Notes: a model not told the origin generated them from the sequence alone. A DNA stretch of 64,000 nt from Octopus sinensis (GCF_006345805.1 NW_021833892.1:1-64000); one strand, 5' to 3'. Positions 12,549-27,554 are shown, counted from the stretch's first letter. Program-made: numbers and translations.

Positions 12549-13299
12549 TTGGAACACTTTAAAAGCGTTGATATCAAAAAATCGTGAGGATAAAATTCCG
12601 ACGACGTCTCACATGATACTGCCCTTGTACTAAATGCCTTTTCTCAATTCCCAGAAGGAACGGGTTTAGATGCCAGATTTCGAAAAAGACTGCAATAAAG
12701 ATTTGCCACCCTAAAGAAACCATCCGATCCAAGGTTTTTGGATGAAAGGCATCACGCAAAGGAAGGCCACTGACAACTTGGCCGACTGGCAATAGACTGA
12801 GGACCACTTGGAGTCCGATCCAGCCAAAGTAGATCAGGAATCCTTCAATCTCATCAGCATTTCCTGTATAAAAAAGTCTAGTTGAGAACGGGAAGTTATT
12901 ATTCCGCAGGATGTCTATTTATTTGATGGAGGAAATACTTTATTGCATGTACAATTAATGTAGAAGACGATTATTATGACGCGGTATATTAAATTTTATT
13001 TTTTGTATTTTTAAGTTTATTTCTGACAGATACAGTCTTATGATAAATTTGTCAATTTCCTGGAAACAAAATGGCTACAAGACCAATATAACATGATCAG
13101 AACACATAAACAGATTGACTCCACTTATTTTAGTGTCCGAAAGATTTTTCATTTCCTTTTTGATATTTTAATTACATTATCTTAAAGGCTGCCTTTTTAC
13201 ACTCCTAAATAACGATAGCTATTTAGTTTATCTATTATGAAGAAGCATTTCTCAATAAATGATAATTTGTGGGTGATTTTTTAAAATTATTGTCCAAAT

Positions 13300-13670
13300 T
13301 AGTCAGTTTAAAGTAAATGTTCACATCCTCCATCATGCATTCCAGTCCTATTTCCATAACAATTTTGATAAAGGCCAAATCTGCAGCTAAGAAGGGTGAA
13401 GATTTAAAGCTTTTAAAATATTCTGCCCTCTCGGAGAAGTTTTTGGTGGTGCCGATCGCGGCGGAGACGTCGGGTGCTCTTGGTCCAAAAACTGAAAAGT
13501 TCCTTCGCAAGCTCGGAGCCAAAATCTCAATGCGCACCCATGATCCTCGGGAGCCGAACTGGCTAATGCAACGGTTCTCTATTGCCATCATCCGGGGAAA
13601 CAGTTTGGCAATCCGCCAGGCTACATATCTACCATAAACATAATACTACTGGGTCATTTAATAAAATTTA
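13300..13670 (+). mobile_element. CRE-like non-LTR element, 3' restriction-like endonuclease end
   Basis: KLLKYSAL..FLVVPIAAETSGALGPKTEKFLRKLG...DPRE..LMQRFSIAIIRGN. Confidence 0.8.
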
Positions 13671-13912
13671 AAATTTTGATAAAGGGGATGAAATATCGAA
13701 AAAGAATTATCCGATGTGGAGATCGTCAACTCCATTAATTAAAGAAATTTACTATTTAACATATTTTTCTGAGTAAAAGTAATAATAATGACTAAATATT
13801 TCCAGCTTGTTATTTTATATACCAATTTCATAATTTGAATAAATTTGGTACATGTTTAAAGTAAAATCATCCTGAACTGATGTTATATAAATTAAAAATT
13901 TTATTTGATAAT

Positions 13913-16282
13913 CTAATAGTCCGATAATGTGTTATTATCATTGCTTTCTTTTAGTTCTGTAATCATTTTAATGAACAAGTTTAAATCATTTTGTATTTTC
14001 ATTGCCCTCTGTTCCAGTGATCGTATTTTGTCAAAAGTATTTTCCCGTTTAAATTTTATTTCTTAAATTTAAAATTGACGAACTTAACCATTTTTTATCA
14101 AGTTGTCTATTTTTGTATCTTTATTTTGCTGGGTCAACTACGTGTTAGATCAAGCAAATACAGGATGACAAATATTGCAAGTTAAAGGAAAAGTTTTCAT
14201 TTGTTTTTCTAAAAATTGGTTTTTTTTGAAAATCGATGACAATTTATTCGTATCGATAAACGTCAGTTTTGCATAGGCAATCGACTTAACGACAACTGAT
14301 GATGTCTCCTCGTGGTCGAAATGTCTCACTTGGCGTCCAAATGTATCCCCATCCCCTGAATATTGCATTGACTGACCACTACAAAGAATTGCTATCAGAA
14401 AATCATTCTTCCAGATTTCAATGTCTCCGGTTATAATAAAAAATATTTGAAAAACGCGGTCGTTTTCTTTGAACAAAATATCTCCGGGACACGTGTAATA
14501 CGTCTTGAAATAACTCGAAAGTTCGTGAAGAAGTTGAATATCCAGCATTTCAAAGATAGAATATGTATTAAATATATTTTTATTAATATTGTAGTATACT
14601 TCATTCCGAAGACAATTTGGGAGATGTTTCATTATCTTTTATAAGTTTATTTTAAGTTACTTTTTTCGATCTGATGCCTTTTTCACTACTCCATATAGAA
14701 TTGACGTATTTAAGTATTTTGGCACTGACATCTTTCGGTATTTCGTAAAGTTGCAGAAATTGGTTCATATTTCGAATCATATTTTGATAGCGGGTATTTT
14801 CAGAGTAAATTTTTGAATAAATGTTCGTCACATTGCCGAAAATGGACGCATAAAAAAGTGCTAAAAACTGCAAAACATATTTAATACCCCCAAAAATCAT
14901 CATTAAAATGGTAAAGATTTTCTCATTGTAGGTTACGGCCGCGATATTGCCAAAACCGATGCTTGTCATGCATGTCATTGTATAGTACATTGATGAAATG
15001 TACAAAAATCGATAATTGTCTAAATCTTGAATATATTTTCAAAAGTAATTCCCAACTAAGTTTGGTCGATTTGTTTAGACTATCAATCCAACCATATGTG
15101 ATGTTGTTGGCGATGTCTGTGATGCCAATTGTGTACCAAATGCAGGCGAACCAGTGAGCGATCAGGACGAATATGAATATTAGACAAGCAAGCATTAATC
15201 CTCCGATTTCTAAATGCCGATACAAATTTCTTGTTAGTTTGAGCAAACGAAACATTTTAAATATTTTTAAAACCGAAAACAGTTGTGGAAACTACTTTTT
15301 TGTAATAAGATTACCCTACGAGAGTATTCGAAATTGATGTATTCCAACACTTGGTATGGAAGACATGAAAGAAAGTCGATAATAAAATATGTTCGAATAT
15401 AATTTTTGGCTATTAGTCTACCGTTTGTGACCGTCTTTCCACATTTTTGTTCATATGTAGTCAAGAAACTCAATATCATGTCTACGAAGAATAAACCGTC
15501 AATGACCATTTCAAATGTGGCCAAGTTTGTTGAAATTTCATTTAAAAAGGTAATGTGAAAGGGAACGGAAATTGCTGTGTAAAAAATCAGACCGAATATC
15601 AGCAGGTCCCACATTGACTTGAACCGAGAATCGTGATGAATTCTGAATTTTTTCTTTATTGGTTTTTCGAGTTCATATTTTTGAAATATGTCGTCTTGCA
15701 TCATCTGCAAAATAAAAGTAAACACTGACATGAATTATTCTGGGCTTTTCTGGTTTTTTTCCCGACAGCTTCGACGTTTCTTTTTGTAATGTATATGGTT
15801 ATTTTTTCTTACCATTTAATTTTCGATTGTTTTTGTTAGTTCTTAGGATCATAACGTACAAGATAGGGAAATTGTTTCTGTCAAACACGATGGATGTTTC
15901 TAAATTTATTTCTAATTCCTGGTCTAAATGTTAGAAAAAACAATTTGAGTACTTTCTTTGTTGTAAAAAATGATATTTATGTTACTGTTGGTGTTGATCT
16001 TTAACTGTAATTCTAAATTTTTGAGTTTTGAAATGTCCGTTTTTTCTCCGTTCATAAACCCTTTAAACAAGCTTTTATAAAGTGTTTCTTCTTTGTTGTA
16101 CTGAAATGTTTTGTTATATTCTTTGTTGGAGTAAACAATCGGGAAACCCTCAATATTTTGATTTCCAACAATAATTGAATTTTCTATAAAAAAATGTAAC
16201 TAAACTACTAACTATTGGATTGTAATAAATCATCCAAAAATATATTTTCACTATTTTTGAACCTGCAACAGTACTTTTTCAT
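13913..16282 (-). CDS. eag: Eag-subfamily (KCNH/Kv10-like) voltage-gated K+ channel, multi-exon
   Basis: ATG at 16282; PAS region ENIFLDDLL..FPIVYSN; S1-S6; pore YYTMTCMTSIGFGNIAA; C-linker, CNBH domain and C-terminal coiled coil; 3' end approximate. Confidence 0.92.
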
Positions 16283-16683
16283 TTTAGTACACGATCTAAA
16301 AATATTAAATATACATGTTAATTTCTGATTATTCCAATTCATCAAATCGAAATATCTATTAATATGATTCAATGGGCAATTAATTTCTGGGATCAATTTT
16401 AAATTAATTAAATTTACATTTGTATTTATTTAAAGTTTGTCTTAAAATCTGAATTAAGGAAAATTGATTATTTCCTAATGAAAACAAATGTTTGTAAATG
16501 TTCTCGTTAGTTTTAAAATTAGGTAAGTTTATGCATTGCATTAACATCAATTATGTATAAGAGATTCTTACGAATTCAACTCGATTGCCAAAAAAATTTG
16601 TTCAATTGAAAATCCTGTGCTTTCTAATAAAAGGACAAAGACTAAGGACTACGAAAAAATCTAATTATTTTGTCAGATTAGAA

Positions 16684-18216
<1,533 letters not shown>

Positions 18217-18239
18217 GACTAAAAAACCGGATTATACGT

Positions 18240-18660
18240 CATTATTATACCATATCTTGTAGGAACATAAACATAAAAGTCACATTCCCATACGTGCCGC
18301 ACACGATGCGACCTTCTTAACTATCGTTTTCCAACTTCCGCAGTTTTGAGTTAGCCTCTGGAGTTCATTCAGGTCATCACAGTTGTTAGGGTTTTCTCCA
18401 CGCGTATCAGATCATGCTGCAGAACAGCCGGCAATGTTTTTCGGGATCGTTTACGAAATTTGGATCCGTCTGACAGAAGGCATTTTTCCAAGGCCTGTTA
18501 AGCAGTATGTGCCAAAATAGTCTCCAGCGACCGTCTATGATGATTGGAACCGAGTTATTGATCTTGTAGACCGGTGAATTATTGGTTTTCTTAGGACAAT
18601 GTAGACCATTTAGAACACGAAGCTGTTTTCTGTAAAAACAAATCAAGATTATTGCTGTGG
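18240..18660 (-). mobile_element. RTE-like LINE 3' fragment
   Basis: RKQLRVLNGLHCPKK..IIDGRWRLF, same family as 50960-51600 with shared 3' UTR gtttatgttcctac. Confidence 0.8.
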
Positions 18661-18888
18661 TTTTTTTAGATGAACAATCTTTTTGAATAATTTTTTAATT
18701 TACATTAGTTACAAAATTTATTATGATAATTTTTAGAAACCACAGTACATTAGTGGAAATTGTATAAAACCGAATATTTATGAAAAATTTTATTATAAAA
18801 TGTTTAAAAAAGAATATCGTAGGATTATAGAAAGAATTTACGGTTCAGAGGTAGGTCTACTATTTAAAAAAACATTTCTAATCAAATT

Positions 18889-20302
18889 TTACACAATAGG
18901 CTTCGTCCAAACCATGTTGATTCTTTTTTTAGGTCGATAAACTGGAAGAATCTCGACTGCCTGGCTTGGAGATTTCTACAAAATTTAAATTAAAAAAAAA
19001 CTTTCAGATATACGTAAACATCCGTGCCATATCTATCGATTGAGACGAATTTGAGGTCCCCGTGTAGATATTTTGAATATAAACTGGAAAGAGGCAGTCC
19101 ATGCCCATATCCAGCCTATTTTTATCAAAATAAAAAAAATGCCATAGGAATGTCAAAATTAAAGTTTTGTGTCGGATTCGGAGCAGTTGAATATGCATAT
19201 TTAAATATATCTTTAGTCTTGTAGTGGGCCACTCCCCCTCCAAGGTCACTTATCTGAAAAAAATAATTCAAATCGACCTTGATGGTGATCTCGTCCATTC
19301 CTTCCACGACAAGTAGATCCAAAGCAGGACAATCGGAGTCTGCGTTATTTTCAACCGTTGCTCTGAGAGCATTCTAAATAGTCAAAATAACTCATTAACC
19401 TTAAATAATTCAAATCCAATGTAATAAAGATGTGAAGGAACGTAGACGATCCTCATTTCTGATGCCAATTTCCTCTGTACTTGAAATTTACAAAAATAAT
19501 GAAAACTAACAATTCAGACATGACACTTTGAGCTCAGGAGCGACTCCATATGTCGAAAAACACATGTCTCTGGCGTCAGAAAAAGCTTCTAAGAAATTAA
19601 AAGTTGACTTGGGAGACCTCGTAAAACTCTGAGGATGTCACAGTTTGGGTCGATACAGCCGACATTTCCATCGTTGGAGTTAATTCCAAACAATCTGACT
19701 GGAATATAATAAATATTTTTTTGCGAACTATGCATATTTAGGAGCATTTTTATGCCGATTTTGCTGGTGTAAAAACGATCGAGGAAATTGTGTATTTCAT
19801 AAGAAAATCCGAATTTGTCTCGATATTCAACAACACCCTGAAAATTTGTTTTTTTAATTTATAAAACTTGAGACATGGTCGTCACAATCTCGGAATGTTC
19901 GGAGCTTATTTGTTGAATACACTGGTTAAACCTGCAATGGAAAAATAATATTACTTTTCTAATAAATCAGGCTTTTCTGGATTTTTGTTCACATAGTCCA
20001 CAATTTTTAGAAAACTTTGTTGATAACTATTTTTAAATTTTTTTAAATAGCCCAACAGATTTTGTAATGACATTATTTGCTTTATATTAAGGAGATCTCG
20101 AGGAAGATGGGATATTTCCAAATACATATTTGCAAAACGGGCAGGTAGTTCTTTAGTCAAAAATAGAAAAGAGGTTTTTGGACAAGATTTACTCCCTGGT
20201 TTGTAATTTAACATTTCAACCAAATTCCAGAAAGTCGCGCATAGAAAGCGGAGATAAATAAAATTTTGAATAGTGTGCCAGTAGAGAATGTAGCCTTTCC
20301 AT
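18889..20302 (-). CDS. PDK: Pyruvate dehydrogenase kinase, multi-exon
   Basis: MERLHSLLAHYSKFYLSPLSMRDFLEFG; ELPARFAN; FLDRFYTSKIGIKML; DLGGGV; GYGYGLPLSRLY; 3' end approximate. Confidence 0.92.
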
Positions 20303-20799
20303 TCGATAAACCACAAAAAATAAAAATATTACGAAATAGAAAACAGAAATGTTTATTCAATTTTTTTTAATTTTAAATAAATTAAAAGCATTTATAAACA
20401 ATAAAAAACATTTTAAAAATCAATAAAAAGCTGGGATCATTTTTTTAATTTTAAATATTAGATTTAAATAGAAAAGTTGTTTTTCAAAAATGAAATAATC
20501 TTTATTGTATTTTTAAAACTTTCTTTTAATAAGTTCTTAAATATTTTTATAACCGCATTATTTTTCCCACAACAATGCTGATTATTTATTAAAGCAATCA
20601 AAATTGGTCTGATTTTATTATCTGTTTTTAATGACTTAACCGCAGGTTTGGGGAAGATATTAAATTACGAATTTTGCTGATTTACTTCACTATAAAGGCA
20701 ATTACGATTTTTGTGCATTAAAAACTAAAACGTTGATTTCTGATGTACTAATTTTTTTAATGATGTCATAAATTTTATTAATTTTAAATTTTTGTTTAT

Positions 20800-21480
20800 T
20801 ATAATAGTATGCAAATAGGAAACGGGTTTCAGATTCTCTAAAAATCAAAAGACTTGCTTACTAACTGGTCAGTAATGTTCCCAAATCTTTCTTTTCGTAG
20901 ATTTTCTACAAAATATCAGCGTTCATTACTCCGGGAGTTTCTATCAAACCATCATTTTCAATATGTATACGCCAAAGCATGAAAATCTTAACAAGTGTAC
21001 TTAGGATAATTTTAAAACTGCCCTTGTCAGCAAAACATTAATGTCGGTGAATCTCAAACAGAAGAATATATCTCGTGCCAAACTGGAATTGCTCCGCCAT
21101 TCTCTCAAAACATCATACTATCACTGCCAGTTGGAGCTTGTTGGCATTTTTACTAACATAACATGTATAGTCGCGTATATGTCGACTTTAAAACTAAAAA
21201 AAACATTTACCAAATTATGGGAACGGCTTATATGCGCATCAGAAAGACAGATGACAATATTTATTAGATCGTGAAATAACAAAAAATATAGTTAATTTGT
21301 AAATACAACCATAAATATCGAGCACGCACTGATACATTTTATATAAAATTTTATGCAAGTTAATTCAATCATGGATGGCGTTGAACAGAAAAGAACTTAT
21401 TAGGCTTCTGTTAAACTAAAAGTAGTGAAAGCCGCTTAAGAAACTACCAATCTTGAAGTGACAGGAAACTCTCAGGGATA
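20800..21480. mobile_element. Tc1-like (minus strand) and pogo-like (plus strand) transposase relics
   Basis: Degenerate match to Tc1 MxWxxxxxxGxxxxxxGxMNA near 20900-21000; pogo-type YxAxVKLKVV near 21380-21450. Confidence 0.4.
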
Positions 21481-21962
21481 GATTTGTATGCAGCATGGTA
21501 GCGACGTAGTGTATATAATAATTTTGGAACATATTAACTTCCCTTTAAAAAGAAGACGTCTGTTGGTCCGTGGAGTTGATTGTCTCCGGAGGCCAGGACA
21601 CGCCGTAGTGTTTTAGTTCCGAGATTGCAGCTCAGAAAAGATAATTTAGGAAAAGTTTCAATTATTAGCTTGTGGGGTGCGGGAACCTAAGAGTAGTTGA
21701 CATTTAGTATTTCAGTTTTCAAAAATTTTACAGCGAGACCGAGACTGTGCAGCACAGGAATGAGACGAGAAAAATCACCGATTACAGAGTCAAAAACTCC
21801 CGATCGAATTCTGACGTACCAAAAGTCGAATTCTGACGCCACTGAGCCTAAAGTTTCGGTTTCATAAAAATAGTCTAGAAGTAATATTTACAAATATAGA
21901 AATGCTACTAATTAGAATCTGCGTCACTGAAAGTATATAACAAGTGTAAAAATAATTAATTA

Positions 21963-23860
21963 ATGAATGACGATCAAACTAACCCAGATTCTCCCTTATT
22001 TTCAGATATAGTAAAATTTCGTATTTTATTTCTAGTTTGATTTATTTTCCCAAACAGTACCAAATTCAGATTTTACACAAAATGATCAATACAAGAACTC
22101 GGAACTGAACTTGGTCGACTCCCGGGTCATGCAAGCAGTCGACCCGTGGATTGACATTGACAACATACCTGATCCGGTCATGTCTAGAACAAGTTTTGAT
22201 TCCGGACAAAATATAAGAAATGAAACTGAGATGGACATAAATAAAGAATTTAAAGGAAATCTACTTATGGAGACAGAATCTGAAAAATGTACTAGTTTTA
22301 AACAATTTCAAAGTTAATAAAAAATGGAAATCTGTTTTTGTATCTTTGAAGAGGTTGGACGGGAAGTTTACACTGAAAGTATCCTCTGGAGTGGATCAGT
22401 CGGAATATTTTAGTCTCGACTTGAGTATTGAGCATTTTTTGTCTTCTTTAAATGAAAGTCAGATCACGGAGTTTACAAAAGGGTTTACAGTAAAAATAAT
22501 GAGAAAAAAATTGTTTTTTTCTCCAAAATTTGAACTTCCGAAGTATTTTTATGTCTATTTTTTTGTTAGATTTTTTAATAAAAAAATCATTTTGGAGGCT
22601 AAAAATAAACTTACAGCTTTTTTAGAATCGGAAAAAAACGAAAAAATAATCACTTTCGGGTCTCTAGACTACTCATCAATTAATCTATTCATTCAAGTCT
22701 TTGAGTCTTTTCGAATGAAGTTTCCAGACATTAAAGTCGATCCTTCACAAATTCAAATGGAAAGTGTCGAGATTTCACTTTACAATTTCATTAAAGTTCG
22801 ATTTACTTGTAAAAATAGCTCAACGAATGTCCAAAACTGACTTGTCATTTGTTTTTTGAAGGAAAAATCAAAAATTGTGGAGAGATAGTGATTGGATTGA
22901 ACGTCAATGAAAGAAAAGGAAAAGAAATTGTAAAACGAAAAGAAATTTTAAAAGGCGAAACTGAAGACGTCTGGGTCAGCCTTGAAGACCCAATAACACA
23001 CAATTCTGTCGACAAACAAAAATTACGTCAAAGTGGAATTCTAGAAATATCCCAACCAATAATCGGATACAAAGTAGAACTGTTGAGAACAAAGACTCTG
23101 TCTGTTCCTTCATCATTCTGTCCTCCAATAATTGTTATTTTTCTACTTTCATAAAGCTACAGGTTAAAGCTAATTTGGAAGTGACGACGGATAAACTTAT
23201 TATCGAAGTACAACTGGATATTATCTCCCCGATGGAATATTCGAGCAGGGAAAAACATATAAAACATGTAAGCTTAAAAGTAATAACAAAATTTAGTTAA
23301 AATGCAAAAATGTAGTCGTAAAAATGCCATTTCCTGACGAATTGTGTTACTATTTTAGCAGAATAAAATTTTTTAAACGCAAGGGGATTGCCCACGTGCA
23401 CAGTGCCCACGAGCAATTGACAAATTCTGCCAGACCACGTGAGTACTTTGGGGGGCATAATTAACAGTCAGAACGTTTCTCAGTGGAATATCAAAGAGTC
23501 CGATATTAGTGACAGCAGGGCTTGCTAAATACGAGGAATTGCACAGAGCTCTTGTTTGGAGGATTGACTGCCTTCCCCTACGGAATAAAGGTCAGAATAA
23601 TTGTCTTGTTGACATTTATAGAGAGACAGGAAACTCACATGATGAGGTGCATAATCGAACTTGAGAAACATGACAAAAATATAGGACATTTAAAAGATTT
23701 TTGCGATGTCGCGTATCACTTGGAGACCTTGATGGTCTATAATTTGGCTGTAAGAACAATCAGTGTACCAGAGTCCCCGGATATTGAAAAATCTGTTGTT
23801 TATCGGACTTTTTTAGAAGATGAGGTTAAATTAAGTATTTTTATAGGCAGTTTAAAGTGA
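21963..23860 (+). CDS. Stonin-like endocytic adaptor (stonin-homology and mu-homology domains), multi-exon
   Basis: After splicing: FNKKWKSVFVSL...FTVKIMR and EKIITFGSLDYSSINLFIQVFE match the stonin SHD pattern, followed by a mu-homology-like region (KNVVVKMPFP); N-terminal DPW motif. Confidence 0.7.
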
Positions 23861-24229
23861 GTCAGAAAAGAACCGAGATTACGAAGTCTGAATTTTAAAA
23901 ATATTTAATTCATTCCTCTACTAGTTTATTTTGTTTAATAAAATATTTATTTAATGGTGATCTTACTAATGCTTTAGACTAGTGATTCTTAACGGGGGGC
24001 GTTGGAATTTTATTTTTTTATTATTATATTTGTATTAGTTTTTGTAAATAATTATCGATTTTCTATTGTTTGCGTCAATTTTTTCAATTGTATGATTTAA
24101 TTTTGGAATTTTGTCAATTACATGAGCAGAGAATTTATTATCATTTTAGTAAATTGATTTTATTGAAAGCTGATACAGGTTATCTAGCTGATATTTTTCA
24201 TAAAATTAAAAAATTGGCTTTTACGACAA

Positions 24230-24410
24230 GAATGCGAGTGTAGACCTTTGCGGTCTAAATAGGCCCCGCAGCGGCATTAGTTAGGTCGGAAAATGTCCAA
24301 TCCGAGTAGAGAGAGATTCCGATTCTTAGGCACTCTGGTTCTAGCAGGGTTCCTGCTGCAGGATAGGGATAAGCGTTAATCCATGCGCCCGAACGTGGAA
24401 ACCTCGATTT
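24230..24410 (-). mobile_element. CRE-like fragment
   Basis: SGAWINAYPYPAAGTLLEPECLRIGISL matches the CRE motif SGAWLxAxPxxxxGxxL....RIA. Confidence 0.7.
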
Positions 24411-24555
24411 ATATCAAGAAATAACAGAAAATTTATTAAATCTGAAATATGATTTTAAGGCTAAAGTCATTTTTAACAAACATGGATATCAACAATTCTA
24501 AATTACATATAGAAAAAAATATCCTCAATTGTAGAACTAAGTTAAAATGCTTATA

Positions 24556-26261
24556 CAGTCGGACCTCGGTTTGAGCCATCAAGTGGCTCATAAACCGAGG
24601 TTGTATCATAAAACGAGGTTCGCTAATAATCCTAATTAACAGTACTTTAAGTACAAAATAGTTCACAAAAAACAGATAGAAACAGTTCATAAGTTATACT
24701 TTTTTGAAATAATGCGTAATCTTTTCTCCAAAACTATTTTTATCCCGTAAATTAATCATTATTTTTTTCCTTAGGGCGTAGAAATCATTTAATAATTCTG
24801 GAGAAAGTTTGCATATATTTTCCTCCATATTATTAATAAGAATCAGTGGATCTATGATGTCTGTTGATTCAGGCCCATTATAAAAATTTATTTCGCTTTC
24901 AAGCAATTCTTCGACAAAGACTTCGTTCACTATTTCTGTCACGTCTGTATGAATCTTTGAATTGATATTTATTGTTTCCTCCCATTTACACTCAAAAATT
25001 TTTTTCCAACAATTTTGAATTTGATTTGAAGTTACATTGGCCAGGCTTCAGAAATTAGTTGCATCACATTCCGTAAATTGAAACTTTTGATTGCTTCCAA
25101 AAAATTGCTTCTATTTTCACAAATGCATACGAATTCGATAAGTAAATTACTGTAATTTGTCTTGAGTGCTTTAATTATGCCCATATCCAATGGCTGAACT
25201 AACGATGTAGTGTTTTTAGGTAAATATAAAAATTCAATGTTTGAATAATCGGATAGTCTATGAGAACTAGCATTATCCAAAAACATTAATATTTTTCGGT
25301 TTTCAGAAAGCATTCTGGTATTTATTTAAAAACCCAGCTTTTAAAAATTTCAGTTGTCATCCACGAATTTTTAGAAGAAGAGTACATGACGTTAAAAACA
25401 TCAGGATTAAATTGTTTTAAGCACCGAGGGTTTCCATATTTGCCGATAATTAAAGGCTCCAGTTTCTCTCCAAGATAACTGCAGCATAGAAGCAGGCTAA
25501 TGACCATCGCGACTGAAGCGACCATCGACCCAATTTTCTTAATGGTCGGTCCAGATAAGGGAACTTTTTCAAGTCGCAATTTGTGAAAAATTTTGAAAAC
25601 TTTAAGATCGAGATTTTTAAGCTTTTCAGAATCACTAGTTTGCTCGGATAAATCAGAATAAATAGTTCCATTATCAAGAAAAGGGAAATCTTTTTTTATA
25701 CGTGAAATTGTAGCCCTGCTAACTATGAAAATTTCCGCAATTCTGCGCTCTGAAAGCTGGTTCCGTTTAATATATTGGGCTATTTCGAGTTTTTTTTCGT
25801 GATCAATTTTCATTTTAGGCATCTAGAAAACATAGAACAGTGGAAAATACTTCAACAAAGATAACAACGTGATAAGGAAAAAATTTCCGCAATTCTGCGC
25901 TCTGAAAGCTGGTTCCGTTTAATATATTGGGCTATTTCGAGTTTTTTTTCGTGATCAATTTTCATTTTAGGCATCTAGAAAACATAGAACAGTGGAAAAT
26001 ACTTCAACAAAGATAACAACGTGATAAGGAAAAAATTCTTTAAAATAAACGATAAAATATATAAAATAAAAATAATTATATTACAAAATATTTAGTTTAT
26101 AGCAATTTTTAGATGGCTCATAACGAGGTCTATTTTTAATTGATTTTTACAAACCCCTTAGGAAAAAAGCAGTTTCAAAAAACGTGGCTCAAAAATAGAG
26201 TTTGTATCATAAAGCGAGTATGGATCATACCCGAGGTCTGGCTCATAACGAGGTCCGACTG
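24556..26261 (-). mobile_element. pogo/Tigger-family DNA transposon with defective transposase
   Basis: TIR CAGTCGGACCTCG/CGAGGTCCGACTG with TA TSD; N-terminal HTH, FLDNASSH and QPLDMG present; first catalytic-D region deleted; 152-bp tandem duplication at 25729-26035. Confidence 0.95.
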
Positions 26262-26759
26262 TAATAGCATTTCCTTCAACATATACAGTTGAAGGAGGAT
26301 TTAGTGCAGTCTCCAATATTTTGACAAAAAAAGAAATTAATTACAAATTCGCGAATAGTAGAGATTTGAGACTCAATCTGTAAATAGTGAAGCTGACATA
26401 AAGAAAATAACAAATTCTCTTTAGGCACAACATTAAAAATTTCAATCGATAATATTAAAATGCGGCAATTGTCAAAAAATTGTCAAATAAATTAGATAGT
26501 AAAAGAACGTTGAAATTTTTAAGCTTCAAAATTGTGCCAAAAGTGGGCGCTGACTTAAAAGAGGTTAAAAACCACTGTTTTAGACCGAAAGCAAAAGCAA
26601 CAAATCTAAACGTTAATCGACTAGGAATTAAATTTAACAATTTATAGTAAAAAATTAGGTTAGTATATTAGAATATTAAATCTAATTTCCATCCATAATG
26701 AATGAGGCAGCCAAATCTCGATTTCCATTAAAACTAAACAAAATAGACTGCAAAGTGTC

Positions 26760-27310
26760 TCTCCTAATATCCGGAAAAAGCACCTGCATTGCACTCAAAT
26801 CCTCCTCCGTGACTCGATACCCTCTGGGAGTCACCATCTCAGTCCTCCGATATGCCTATTCAAGTCACCACATAAATAAACAATAAAAGAAAATATAAGT
26901 CGGATAGTCCAACCTCCCATCCCCGGGGACTCCAACCGAAAAACACGATCAATGGTCTCCCCTTGGAAGACCCGTTGGGGGATTATGATTTGAGTAGAGG
27001 ACAGCACTTTGGTGGACACAATCGGTATCTAAATAAACAAATCAGTCTAACCTTTTCGAGTACAGACACCGTGATTGAATCCACTCCTCTGGTTAGTTCA
27101 CTTTTCGAATAAAATTATAAAAAATATACAAATTCATGGTCTGGTTGGTCCAGTAGTAATGAGGGGGAGAACTCCGGTCGTGTCTCGCCGTGAGAAGAGC
27201 TCGGTGACCAACACGGATCTCAATTCGCGGCGGAAACAACATGGTGGAAAGTCCATTGGCATTTGATTGAAGACATGCCTTGGAATATAATTCAGATATA
27301 TACTTCTAAA
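26760..27310 (-). mobile_element. LINE AP-endonuclease fragment
   Basis: LQSNANGLST and YLCGDLNRH motifs with stops and frameshifts. Confidence 0.65.
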
Positions 27311-27554
27311 ACTGTTACTTTAAGGGTGGCTCCATCTAATTGAGGAGGAAGGACATCTTCTATGGGTTGAGTGGAAGGTTCGGGGTCATCCTGAACTACG
27401 TCTAGGTCTATGAGACCAACGTCGTCTTCAAGCTACAAATATAGTAGTAGGATAACCCTAGCAAAATCTCTTGGCATATAAGGCCCCACAAGAAAACAAT
27501 TCAATAATATTAATTTATAAATTAATATTTAATAAAAAAAAGATTAAAACAATT

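Larger units (their letters stand above)
23980..26577 (+). mobile_element. Deleted hAT element carrying nested pogo and CRE-like insertions
   Basis: TIRs TAGTGATTCTTAAC and GTTAAAAACCACTG; TSD cttTAgac/tttTAgac; C-terminal ML-IAFPSTY split by the pogo. Confidence 0.85.

Noticed and set aside
21480-21860. GC-elevated island as an ncRNA or SINE
   Set aside because: No B-box, cloverleaf or ribozyme core found; identity unresolved.
24240-24410. Ribozyme-like GC-rich island
   Set aside because: It translates on the minus strand to a CRE-type protein motif.
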